Of a stretch of 64,000 bases of DNA, positions 1-11,758 are shown one piece after another. A model generated the notes under the pieces. It had not been told where the DNA came from and searched no databases. It saw only the letters and a program-made list of their open reading frames with translations. Source of the stretch: Macrostomum lignano (lineage: Eukaryota); the NCBI GenBank assembly GCA_002269645.1, contig NIVC01003853.1, positions 9,697 to 73,696 of the forward strand, read 5' to 3'. Within the stretch, counting starts at the first letter, position 1. The number at the start of each line of letters is the position of its first letter. A program made the position numbers and the translations under genes.

Positions 1-164
1 GAAAAGCTGCGTCGGTCTCCCTGGACTTCGGGTTCGCTAGGGTGCCCAGTTCCGATTCATACCGTATTTTCTGCTTAATTGTACGTATGTTGTTACGCTC
101 GTACTGTATGGGTTTATTTGCATGCTAGTGGGGTCAAGCTTCCTGGAGGAATGGCTCAGCGGCT

Positions 165-430
165 TCTGCGGCGGCCACGTGCGCTTCCTGCCAGCCACTT
201 GCGCGTCCTGTCGGCAACCTGCGCGTCCCGCCCGGCCGCCAGCGCGTCCTGCCGGCCACCTGCGCGTCCCGCCCGGCCACCTGCGTGCCCTGCCGGCCAT
301 CTGCACTTCCTGCCGGCCACCTGCGTGTCCTGCCGGCCACTTGCGCGTCCCGCCCGGCCACCTGCGTGCCCTGCCGGCCATCTGCACTTACTGCCGACCA
401 TCTGCGCGTCCTGCCGGCCACCTGCGATGG
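165..430. repeat. GC-rich ~20-bp tandem repeat (gcgtcctgccggccacctgc variants)
   Basis: Repeated unit visible directly; explains the low-complexity overlapping ORFs at 37-597. Confidence 0.85.
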
Positions 431-1051
431 TTTTCTGTGGCGCCAGCTTTGATGTAAAGCCTATTCCGTGCCCCGTGGTTGCTCTGACGAACTTGCGTGC
501 AGAAAACCAGTACTTTTTTTTCATATTTCTTTTGCGGCAACCATTTTTCTTTTTCCCTTTTGCATTAGTTTGTCTCCAATTCTTTTGTTGTTTTTGATTA
601 TTTTTTTTGCTTTGTTATTTAAAAAAATTTGGTATCCCAGTCGCCGTGGTTCGAGCTCCGCCCTGTTTTTTTTGTAGGAGGGGAGGGTGTAGTGCATGCG
701 CCCTTGTCAGTTGGCAGGGCGCGTTGCACTTTAGGGCTGGTTGGGGGGGTTGGCGGGCGTGGCAGGGTCTGGCCGCCGGCCGGGTTTTGCGCGTGCCCCT
801 CCCCAGCCGTGCCCCTGCCCCGTGCTCAGGGCTGGTTGGCTGCGGCCGGGCCAGCTTTGGCGCGGGTGCAGCCCCTCCCCCTTAGGCGGGGTTTTGATTG
901 GCTGGGCCGGCGTGGTTTGTTTTGGTGAGCTTAGCCGGTGGGGCCGTCTGCCCCAGGGTTTGGGTGCTATTTATGGTGCGACTCTGGCTCTTGCCCACCA
1001 CCTGCGTGCTTTTTGTGTTTTGGTGTGCTCCGAAAGTGCAAGCGCGAGACC

Positions 1052-1125
1052 TGATAAAAGAAACAGCAACATTAGCTACTTTGATAAAAGAAACAGCAAC
1101 ATTAGCTACTTGGATAAAAGAAACA
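1052..1125. repeat. Short tandem duplication (gataaaagaaacagcaacattagctact x2.5)
   Basis: Direct repeats read from the sequence. Confidence 0.8.
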
Positions 1126-1999
1126 CAATAGCCTAATTGAGAAGAGTCTTGGAGAATTAAGAAGAAGTCGGAAACTGCGCTTGAGACCTGCGAATAATAA
1201 ACGGTGAACAGTCATCTGGCCACTGGTAAGCCGCCTGCTGTTTGAGTCCTTTCTTTCCGGGAAGCTTGCTAGGCCGAATTCTTGCCAGAGCGTCATAACG
1301 CCGGGAGACCATATAGCTTCTGTAGTACGGTACCGTTTACCATATATATTGCGTACGCCTTACGGTATAGAGAATAGAAGCACTCGAGAGTGTCACCACA
1401 CCTCGAGCCGCAGCGTGAACTCTGAGTGTCACAACACCAGAGGGATCGAATTATTATCGCAGAGCGTCGCCACGCCTGCTCGTCGTATTCATAAAAGTAC
1501 AGACAGAGCGTCACAACGCCTGTTATATCACATATAATATATATTGTACTCGGGACTGGGCACCCAAGCCGACCCGGGTTACAACAGGGTTTTTTCTTCA
1601 GAGTGAATGATCAAAGCCCTGTGAAGTCATTTTGCTTTCTTACTATCGCATATCGACATACATGTACCTAACCATGCCATGAGTATCGGTAGGTTCGTGG
1701 GCAGCATCCCAGAGTAGAGAGCTGTAGTCTCCATGGCCCCTACGAGCTATAGTGCAGCACATTCTTGCATGCCGCAAATTACCACCAGCTTGCCTCGGTT
1801 TTCAGGCCGCGCGATCAGATCAGCAAGGATTAAACCAATGACGGCGGCGACCCAGGGAGGAGGATAAAGACTTTGAGAGAGAATTTTCATTCCTGTTAGA
1901 GGTGAGATTGCGAGTTTAAGTCAAAATGGGATGGACAGGTGCCTACACTTGACAATCCGCATTTAACTTCAGGCAAAATTCTTATCTACAGTTTCTACA

Positions 2000-2200
2000 A
2001 ATTTGTGTCAGCTTGTGTAAGTTTGTGTCAGCTTGTCTACATTGGTGTCAGCTTGTGAACATTGGTGTCAGCTCGTGTAGATTGGTGTCAGCTCGTGAAA
2101 ATTTGTGTCAGCTTGTGAACAGTTGTGTCAGTTTGTGTGAAGTTGTTTCAGCTTGTGTACAGTTGTGTCAGCTTGTGTGAAGTTGTGTCAGCTTGTGTGA
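2000..2200. repeat. ~20-bp tandem repeat (gtgtcagcttgtgaacagtt variants)
   Basis: About 10 degenerate copies. Confidence 0.8.
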
Positions 2201-2782
2201 CGAACTACTCAGCCCCCGCCGGTAGACCGTTCATTCAAAGCATCTTGAAGCATCTTGAAAGCAAAAATCGTGTTGAAGGTCTCGAGGGTAATCTGAGTCT
2301 ATTCCGGTAGACATTCTGGTATCTCGCAGCGGCTCTGAAAGCCGATTCACTAAAAGGTCAAACTCTCCGACATTCGAGTATTTAATCGTTGAATTGTTTC
2401 ATTTCCGACGGCTCTTGAGACACGATGGCCTTGATTGAAATTGCTGCAAGTTTCAGAGTCCAGACAAGCTTTCATTTAGGTTGATCCAAGGCAGACGCGC
2501 ACCCCCTGTTCAGGGTGTTCAGGGATCAGCGCTCGACTGTCGCACAAACTTCACTTCTTCGATCTGGAAGATCCCATTAAGTTGGATTTCATAAAGTCAG
2601 TTTGAATAGCGGCTTTGCTACTGTGATTTTTAGGAAATTTAAAGTTCACCACCCCTCCTTTTAATATCCACACTCAACCCCTCTAATTTAATGTCTTTCA
2701 AATATACTCGTTTGGACCCTGCCCTCAATTTAAAGAGTTTTTCAAGTCAATATACCATCTTTTTTCTCCATATTTCTGGAGG

Positions 2783-3340
2783 ATGCTTGCTATCTGCGGG
2801 ATGCTTGCTATCTGCGGGATGCTTGCTATCTGCGGGATGCTTGCTATCTGCGGGATGCTTGCTATCTGCGGGATGCTTGCTATCTGCGGGATGCTTGCTA
2901 TCTGCGGGATGCTTGCTATCTGCGGGATGCTTGCTATCTGCGGGATGCTTGCTATCTGCGGGATGCTTGCTATCTGCGGGATGCTTGCTATCTGCGGGAT
3001 GCTTGCTATCTGCGGGATGCTTGCTATCTGCGGGATGCTTGCTATCTGCGGGATGCTTGCTATCTGCGGGATGCTTGCTATCTGCGGGATGCTTGCTATC
3101 TGCGGGATGCTTGCTATCTGCGGGATGCTTGCTATCTGCGGGATGCTTGCTATCTGCGGGATGCTTGCTATCTGCGGGATGCTTGCTATCTGCGGGATGC
3201 TTGCTATCTGCGGGATGCTTGCTATCTGCGGGATGCTTGCTATCTGCGGGATGCTTGCTATCTGCGGGATGCTTGCTATCTGCGGGATGCTTGCTATCTG
3301 CGGGATGCTGGCTATCTGCGGGATGCTTGCTATTTGCGGG
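2783..3340. repeat. 18-bp near-perfect minisatellite (atgcttgctatctgcggg, ~31 copies)
   Basis: Near-perfect tandem array just downstream of the stop codon of the membrane-protein gene. Confidence 0.97.
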
Positions 3341-3492
3341 ATTTCTTCTCTAATACTAAAAATATAATAAAAATTGGTTGATTAAAAGCTACCAAATGTT
3401 CAAATGGCTAGAATAGCTTGACTCAGTTTGAGTTATACTGTTTTGTATAGTGAAGCATTCCACAGGGCAACCGAAATAAGGCGGCATTTCTA

Positions 3493-6400
3493 TCAATTGC
3501 CAGTCTGGATAAGGAAATCCCAGAGAGCGTTGCCGTTCACTCCAGCATCAGGTTGGCAGGCGTTGCCGTTCACTCCAGCATCAGGTTGGCAGGCGTTGCC
3601 GTTCACTCCAGCATCAGGTTGGCGGGCGCTGCCGTTCACTTCAGCATCAGGTTGGCGGGCGCTGCCGTTCACTTCAGCATCAGGTTGGCGGGCGCTGCCG
3701 TTCACTTCAGCATCAGGTTGGCGGGCGCTGCCGTTCACTTCAGCATCAGGTTGGCGGGCGCTGCCGTTCACTTCAGCATCAGGTTGGCGGGCGCTGCCGT
3801 TCACTTCAGCCGCCGGTTGGCAGGCGCTGCCGTTCACTTCAGCATCAGGTTGGCAGGCGCTGCCGTTCACTTCAGCCGCCGGTTGGCAGGCGCTGCCGTT
3901 CACTTCAGCATCAGGTTGGCGGGCGCTGCCGTTCACTTCAGCATCAGGTTGGCGGGCGCTGCCGTTCACTTCAGCATCAGGTTGGCAGGCGCTGCCGTTC
4001 ACTTCAGCCGCCGGTTGGCAGGCGCTGCAGTTCACTTCAGCATCAGGTTGGCGGGCGCTGCCGTTCACTTCAGCATCAGGTTGGCAGGCGCTGCCGTTCA
4101 CTTCAGCATCAGGTTGGCAGGCGCTGTCGTTCACTTCAGCCGCCGGTTGGCAGGCGCTGCCGTTCACTTCAGCATCAGGTTGGCGGGCGCTGCCGTTCAC
4201 TTCAGCATCAGGTTGGCGGGCGCTGCCGTTCACTTCAGCATCAGGTTGGCAGGCGCTGCCGTTCACTTCAGCCGCCGGTTGGCAGGCGCTGCCGTTCACT
4301 TCAGCATCAGGTTGGCGGGCGCTGCCGTTCACTTCAGCATCAGGTTGGCAGGCGCTGCCGTTCACTTCAGCCGCCGGTTGGCAGGCGCTGCCGTTCACTT
4401 CAGCATCAGGTTGGCGGGCGCTGCCGTTCACTTCAGCATCAGGTTGGCAGGCGCTGCCGTTCACTTCAGCATCAGGTTGGCGGGCGCTGCCGTTCACTTC
4501 AGCATCAGGTTGGCGGGCGCTGCCGTTCACTTTAGCATCAGGTTGGCGGGCGCTGCCGTTCACTTCAGCATCAGGTTGGCGGGCGCTGCCGTTCACTCCA
4601 GCATCAGGTTGGCGGGCGCTGCCGTTCACTTCAGCATCAGGTTGGCGGGCGCTGCCGTTCACTTCAGCATCAGGTTGGCGGGCGCTGCCGTTCACTTTAG
4701 CATCAGGTTGGCGGGCGCTGCCGTTCACTTCAGCATCAGGTTGGCGGGCTTCGCCGTCCTCAACAACGGATTTTAAAGGCAAATCGGCGTCGCCGTTGTT
4801 TGCGCCTGTCACAAAGTTTTTTCTCATGCGCCGTCTGCACGACCTTAGCCGGCGACGCAATGGCCTACGAAATGTCCAGATAATCGCCACTACAATGGCT
4901 ACTATCAGAGCTATGGCTACTGTGATTCCTGTGATGATTCCTGCGATTCCTGATGATTCCCGGTGGACATTGCTGTCCACCGGGCAGGGAACTTGCTCGT
5001 CGGAGTTGGTTCCTTGCATCTTTGGGTTGAACTCAACGGGAAGCAGCCGATGTACTGGTAGGCGTACAGCTTCATCGCTTCTGATCGGAATCAACTTCGG
5101 TTTTTTGTTGGAGTTCAGTCGAAGAGCAACTTGCGTTCGCTGCTCATCCCCAGAAACGTTTCTGTCGGACGGTAGAGGTGGCGATAACATATGGACAACC
5201 AGTTTTACGATCCTGCCTGATCTCCCAACTCCTTCTAACAATACTCACCCCAAGAAATCGATCAGCACAGACTGGTTGGCCAAATATATCCAGTTGCCTT
5301 TGTACGTCAAGTTCCTGTTGCTGCAGTCGAGGTAAAACAGCTTCGCGCCAAAAAAAGCCAAAAATGGCAGCAGAATTTGATTGTCTTTGACTCGGTGCAG
5401 CACTCTGGATGCTGTGGGTGTTGGTTCGGTTAGTTTTGCGAAGTTGCTACCTAGCTTTCATGCAAGTGAACTCAGTTAATACGCTCGTAGTAGGGAATAC
5501 GAAATCCTGAGATCCCTGATATACAAGATGTGGTTAATCTGTAAACTACTTTTTAGCAGTGGCGTACCCAGGATTTTCCATACGGAGGGCACTGACAAGT
5601 TGCGACACTAAATATTGACCTTTTTAGAGTGTGCTCTGTAAAAAAACAATCTTTACTTGAAACTCATTTATAATGGTTTGGTTTACGTTTCCACGCAACA
5701 AAAATTATATTTGAGTACTGAGAGTTGAGACTTCAGATCGAGACTGACAGTTGAGTCATTAACTGTTGGCTCGTCAAGTCGAGCGTTGACTCAACGTCAC
5801 AATGTTTAATAATCATGCAATGTAATTTTAATTTTTTTATTCTAAACAAGCTTCGCAAGGAAATTCAAATGTTCAAAATTAGAATTCAAAACTTTCACTC
5901 GTGAAGCCGTGCATTCGTGTGACTCTGATGATTATTCCTGGAAGTTTTAATTCCAGTAATAAGAATTTCTCGAGATCCCGGAAATTCATATGCTCGGGAT
6001 TCAGAACTTTCATAAATATTGCAAGTTTATTAGAAGGCTCGCTTCTTCGTGTGTATTTAGCGATTTTTTTCTTCAAAAGAGCATTCTCGCCTTTGTGCCA
6101 CACCAGCTTCAAAATAGGTGCATTTAAGGTTGCACATTTATACCTGGCTAAGATAGGAAACGATAGTCAGAAGTGAAATTACTCACAACTGCATTACTTT
6201 TGACTGCAAGAAATATTGCACATATAGGCTCTCCCTGATCCCACACGCAGATATAGCTCGTAGGGTCGAAGCCTGTGAGTCATAAAACACAGGCAGAGTC
6301 AGATAATTCTGTGAGTCAAAAAACACAGGCAGAGTCAGATAATTCTGTGAGTCAAAAAACACAGGCAGAGTCAGATAAGCCTGTGAGTCAAAAAAACACA

Positions 6401-9400
6401 GGCAGAGTCAGATAATTCTGTGAGTCAAAAAACACAGGCAGAGTCAGATAAGCCTGTGAGTCAAAAAAACACAGGCAGAGTCAGATAATTCTGTGAGTCA
6501 AAAAACACAGGCAGAGTCAGATAAGCCTGTGAGTCAAAAAACACAGGCAGAGTCAGATAATTCTGTGAGTCAAAAAACACAGGCAGAGTCAGATAAGCCT
6601 GTGAGTCATAAAACACAGGCAGAGTCAGATAATTCTGTGAGTCAAAAAACACAGGCAGAGTCAGATGAGTCTGTGAGTCATAAAACACAGGCAGAGTCAG
6701 ATAAGCCTGTGAGTCATAAAACACAGGCAGAGTCAGATAATTCTGTGAGTCATAAAACACAGGCAGAGTCAGATAAGCCTGTGAGTCATAAAACACAGGC
6801 AGAGTCAGATAAGTCTGTGAGTCAAAAAACACAGGCAGAGTCAGATAAGCCTGTGAGTCATAAAACACAGGCAGAGTCAGATAAGCCTGTGAGTCATAAA
6901 ACACAGGCAGAGTCAGATAAGCCTGTGAGTCATAAAACACAGGCAGAGTCAGATAAGCCTGTGAGTCAAAAAACACAGGCAGAGTCAGATAAGCCTGTGA
7001 GTCATAAAACACAGGCAGAGTCAGATAAGCCTGTGAGTCATAAAACACAGGCAGAGTCAGATAATTCTGTGAGTCAAAAAACACAGGCAGAGTCAGATGA
7101 GTCTGTGAGTCATAAAACACAGGCAGAGTCAGATAAGCCTGTGAGTCATAAAACACAGGCAGAGTCAGATGAGTCTGTGAGTCATAAAACACAGGCAGAG
7201 TCAGATAATTCTGTGAGTCAAAAAACACAGGCAGAGTCAGATAAGCCTGTGAGTCATAAAACACAGGCAGAGTCAGATAAGCCTGTGAGTCATAAAACAC
7301 AGGCAGAGTCAGATAATTCTGTGAGTCATAAAACACAGGCAGAGTCAGATAATTCTGTGAGTCAAAAAACACAGGCAGAGTCAGATGAGTCTGTGAGTCA
7401 TAAAACACAGGCAGAGTCAGATAATTCTGTGAGTCATAAAACACAGGCAGAGTCAGATAAGCCTGTGAGTCAAAAAACACAGGCAGAGTCAGATGAGTCT
7501 GTGAGTCAAAAAACACAGGCAGAGTCAGATAAGCCTGTGAGTCAAAAAACACAGGCAGAGTCAGATGAGTCTGTGAGTCAAAAAACACAGGCAGAGTCAG
7601 ATAAGCCTGTGAGTCATAAAACACAGGCAGAGTCAGATAATTCTGTGAGTCAAAAAACACAGGCAGAGTCAGATAAGCCTGTGAGTCAAAAAACACAGGC
7701 AGAGTCAGATGAGTCTGTGAGTCAAAAAACACAGGCAGAGTCAGATAAGCCTGTGAGTCAAAAAACACAGGCAGAGTCAGATGAGTCTGTGAGTCATAAA
7801 ACACAGGCAGAGTCAGATAATTCTGTGAGTCATAAAACACAGGCAGAGTCAGATAAGCCTGTGAGTCAAAAAACACAGGCAGAGTCAGATGAGTCTGTGA
7901 GTCAAAAAACACAGGCAGAGTCAGATAAGCCTGTGAGTCAAAAAACACAGGCAGAGTCAGATGAGTCTGTGAGTCAAAAAACACAGGCAGAGTCAGATAA
8001 GCCTGTGAGTCATAAAACACAGGCAGAGTCAGATAATTCTGTGAGTCAGCTTACAGAGAGCAAAAATTTCGAACAACCTGGTGAAAAATATTCACCTCAT
8101 TGTACGAGCGTAAGTGCAACTGAAAATTGTATTGCCCAGGATTGTATTCCCCAGTTGATGAGGCATTAATGCTTCGTAACCGAAATATTACTGCTCACCG
8201 TTCCGCAAAAAACTCGCCAATTCGGCGTGCATCGCAGTGCTGCAGCGGACAGCCACTCGACAGCTGCAGACCGTGGCCCAAGGCCGAATCAGCAGGAATC
8301 GGCAAGGAGCATCTCCCGCCGTGCCTGAAGCTTGTGCTGGAGTTGCACGACTCCTGGCTGGTTGCAGTGACTGTCAGATTGTCGGATGCAGTCACATTTG
8401 TGACATTTGCCAGCTTGGCTGTGATGTTCACTGTGTCCCCACTGCAATGTAGGGTGTCACTTATGCACTTCAAATCATTTTGACTGAACTCAACATTGCA
8501 TAGCTGTTGCAAGAAGTGTGCGATCAGGTAGACGGTCAACACTTTTTGAATCGTGTCAATTTTGTCAAATCCACCACACACGTCAACACAACTGAAGTAA
8601 ATGCAGTTTAAAACAAAGAAGTCCCTTACGCATTCGCCAAGATGTAGAGGACAGAGCTGAGGTTCACTGAGTAGTTGGCAAAGTCACCTCCTAAATTAAG
8701 AATGTAATAAGATTAGTTAGACAATAACACATCCAAGGTATCTAAAATGTATAGGAATAATTAAGCAAACGTGCTCACCACTGAAATGCGCAACATCCAG
8801 TCGGAGTCCTCGTCTTAGATCCGGAGGTTTGATCGCCAGAACGGTGTTGTTCTCAATCACCTTGACTTTCCAGATACAAGCCTCTGTTATCACGGCGGTC
8901 TTGTCAGCAAAACCGTCGTGGAGATAGAAAAATAGACGAATTCCTCCATGGACATCGAAAAATTTCCAATGGGTCTGTTCTCGACAGTACCCCACGTCAT
9001 GCTCCACAGCCGTTACGATTCTGAAATTCAATGGAAGGATTTTTGGCTGATTGTACACGTGGCTGACTGATTGAAAAAGAATAATTTAACAAAAGACAGA
9101 CAATCTGCTAGAGAATGGGAGAAAACTATTTCGTGGCAATCAGAAGTGTCAGAGCTCATACTCAAGTGCCGTAAAACATTCAAGCTGATTAAACAGTAGC
9201 AAAAGAAGATAAGAAACTTTTGATGTAAAGCAAATTGACAAACAAGCAGAACTACAGCTCATTATCGAGAGAAGCTGACATTGAACCTCATTAAAAGAAG
9301 AAGCTGTTAAGCACATTCGACAGACAAGACAAGTATCTTAGGCCGACACAGTTTACAGAAAAGTATAAGGCTGGAGACAGACAGTTGACAAAGAAGACCA

Positions 9401-11758
9401 GTGTATAAAATCTACATTTTGACAAAGAAGGCAAAGAATTGCGCTGACAAAAACTCCAAACAAACAGAAGAGTTCGTTCACTCACTGAAATTGACTAACA
9501 GGCAGAGATCAATAGCAGAAGACAAATAAGCAGACCTCACTAAAAAAAGAAGTTAATGCGAGCTGACGAACAGAACAAGCTGATAAACAAGCAGAGATAA
9601 TTTTCTGAAGATGGTGACAAACAAGCAGACCTCACTAACAGAAGAAGCTGACAAACAAGCAGACCTCACTAACAGAAGAAGCTGACAAACAAGCAGACCT
9701 CACTAACAGAAGAAGCTGACAAACAAGCAGACCTCACTAACAGAAGAAGCTGACAAACAAGCAGACCTCACTAACAGAAGAAGCTGACAAACAAGCAGAC
9801 CTCACTAACAGAAGAAGCTGACAAACAAGCAGACCTCACTAACAGAAGAAGCTGACAAACAAGCAGACCTCACTAACAGAAGAAGCTGACAAACAAGCAG
9901 ACCTCAATAACAGAAGAAGCTGACAAACAAACAGACCTCACTAACAGAAGAAGCTGACAAACAAGCAGACCTCACTAACAGAAGAAGCTGACAAACAAAC
10001 AGACCTCACTAACAGAAGAAGCTGACAAACAAGCAGACCTCACTAACAGAAGAAGCTGACAAACAAACAGACCTCACTAACAGAAGAAGCTGACAAACAA
10101 GCAGACCTCACTAACAGAAGAAGCTGACAAACAAGCAGACCTCACTAACAGAAGAAGCTGACAAACAAGCAGAGATAATTTGCAGAAGAAGCTGACAAAC
10201 AAGCAGACTTCAGTAACAGAAGAAGCTGACAAACAAGCAGACCTCACTAACAGAAGAAGCTGACAAACAAGCAGACCTCACTAACAGAAGAAGCTGACAA
10301 ACAAGCAGAGATAATTTGCAGAAGAAGCTGACAAACAAGCAGACCTCACTAACAGAAGAAGCTGACAAACAAGCAGACCTCACTAACAGAAGAAGCTGAC
10401 AAACAAGCAGACCTCACTAACAGAAGAAGCTGACAAACAAGCAGACCTCACTAACAGAAGAAGCTGACAAACAAGCAGAGATAATTTGCAGAAGAAGCTG
10501 ACAAACAAACAGACCTCAATAACAGAAGAAGCTGACAAACAAGCAGACCTCACTAACAGAAGAAGCTGACAAACAAGCAGATCTCACTAACAGAAGAAGC
10601 TGACAAACAAGCAGACCTCACTAACAGAAGAAGCTGACAAACAAACAGACCTCACTAACAGAAGAAGCTGACAAACAAGCAGACCTCACTAACAGAAGAA
10701 GCTGACAAACAAACAGACCTCACTAACAGAAGAAGCTGACAAACAAGCAGACCTCACTAACAGAAGAAGCTGACAAACAAACAGACCTCACTAACAGAAG
10801 AAGCTGACAAACAAGCAGACCTCACTAACAGAAGAAGCTGACAAACAAGCAGACCTCACTAACAGAAGAAGCTGACAAACAAGCAGACCTCACTAACAGA
10901 AGAAGCTGACAAACAAACAGACCTCACTAACAGAAGAAGCTGACAAACAAGCAGACCTCACTAACAGAAGAAGCTGACAAACAAGCAGACCTCACTAACA
11001 GAAGAAGCTGACAAACAAACAGACCTCACTAACAGAAGAAGCTGACAAACAAGCAGACCTCACTAACAGAAGAAGCTGACAAACAAGCAGACCTCACTAA
11101 CAGAAGAAGCTGACAAACAAGCAGACCTCACTAACAGAAGAAGCTGACAAACAAACAGACCTCACTAACAGAAGAAGCTGACAAACAAGCAGACCTCACT
11201 AACAGAAGAAGCTGACAAACAAGCAGACCTCACTAACAGAAGAAGCTGACAAACAAGCAGACCTCACTAACAGAAGAAGCTGACAAACAAGCAGAGATAA
11301 TTTGCAGAAGAAGCTGATAAACAAGTAGAGATCACTACAGAAGAAGCTGACAAACAAGCAGAGATAATTTGCAGAAGAAGCTGACAAAAAAGCAGAGATC
11401 ATTTGCAGAAGAAGCTGACAAACAAGCAGAGATAATTTGCAGAAGAAGCTGACAAACAAGCAGAGATCATTTGCAGAAGAAGCTGATAAACAAGCAGAGA
11501 TAATTTGCAGAAGAAGCTGACAAACAAGCAGAGATCACTACAGAAGAAGCTGACAAACAGAGCCCACTATTGTTGCTATTCTAAATTTGATGGAAATCCT
11601 AAAGCTATAACTCATGTGGTTGTAGAGTAGCTAAAAATCACTTATTTAGTCCGCACAGCCACTTTTTTAAATCAGAGAGCTGCAAATTAATCAACTCACT
11701 GCAGTCCGGCAACAATGAAAAGAAACTGGAGCAGCACTTTTGTCCGAATAAAATTCAT
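3493..11758 (-). CDS. Uncharacterised type I membrane glycoprotein, paralogue A (signal peptide, Cys-rich N-glycosylated ectodomain, one TM helix, cytoplasmic 11-aa repeat tail)
   Basis: Phase-compatible exons: 11758-11700 (MNFIRTKVLLQFLFIVAGL, signal-peptide-like), 9020-8779, ~8690-8630, putative micro-exon 8591-8582, 8503-~8200, ~5450-5248, ~5162-3493 (TM GIITGITVAIALIVAIVVAIIW followed by RR). Exon order and sequence are conserved in the paralogue at 26389-39807. The exon at 9020-8779 has a weak CUB-like C-W-x-V pattern, not confirmed. Confidence 0.75.
3530..4750 (-). repeat. 33-bp coding minisatellite (~37 copies) encoding (ARQPDAEVNGS)n in the cytoplasmic tail
   Basis: In frame with the TM-containing last exon of the minus-strand gene; absent from paralogue B. 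Confidence 0.9.
5491..8153. mobile_element. Old hAT-like TIR element in an intron, shared with paralogue B (27079-28395)
   Basis: Imperfect inverted termini tagggaatacgaaatcctg / caggattgtattcccca; equivalent termini at the same intron position in paralogue B; no intact TSD. Confidence 0.4.
6270..8047. repeat. 30-bp intronic minisatellite (ctgtgagtcaaaaaacacaggcagagtcagataa.., ~59 copies)
   Basis: Tandem array with a few recurring unit variants. Confidence 0.97.
9600..11555. repeat. 34-bp intronic minisatellite (aaacaagcagacctcactaacagaagaagctgac, ~57 copies)
   Basis: Tandem array in intron 1 of paralogue A; homologous to 38250-39660. Confidence 0.97.

Noticed and set aside
2691-3367. Two long plus-strand ORFs (MLAICG)n / (LLSAGC)n
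   Set aside because: Stop-free by-products of an 18-bp tandem repeat; no other coding evidence.
3428-5335. 635-aa and 407-aa plus-strand ORFs
   Set aside because: Antisense shadows of the minus-strand TM exon and its 33-bp repeat.
6461-8169. 558-aa (+) and 519-aa (-) repeat ORFs
   Set aside because: A 30-bp intronic minisatellite whose length is a multiple of 3; it lies inside an intron of the minus-strand gene.
6270-11555. Regular 30-35-bp repeat arrays that look CRISPR-like in size
   Set aside because: Head-to-tail units with no unique spacers, no cas genes, and a eukaryotic intronic context.
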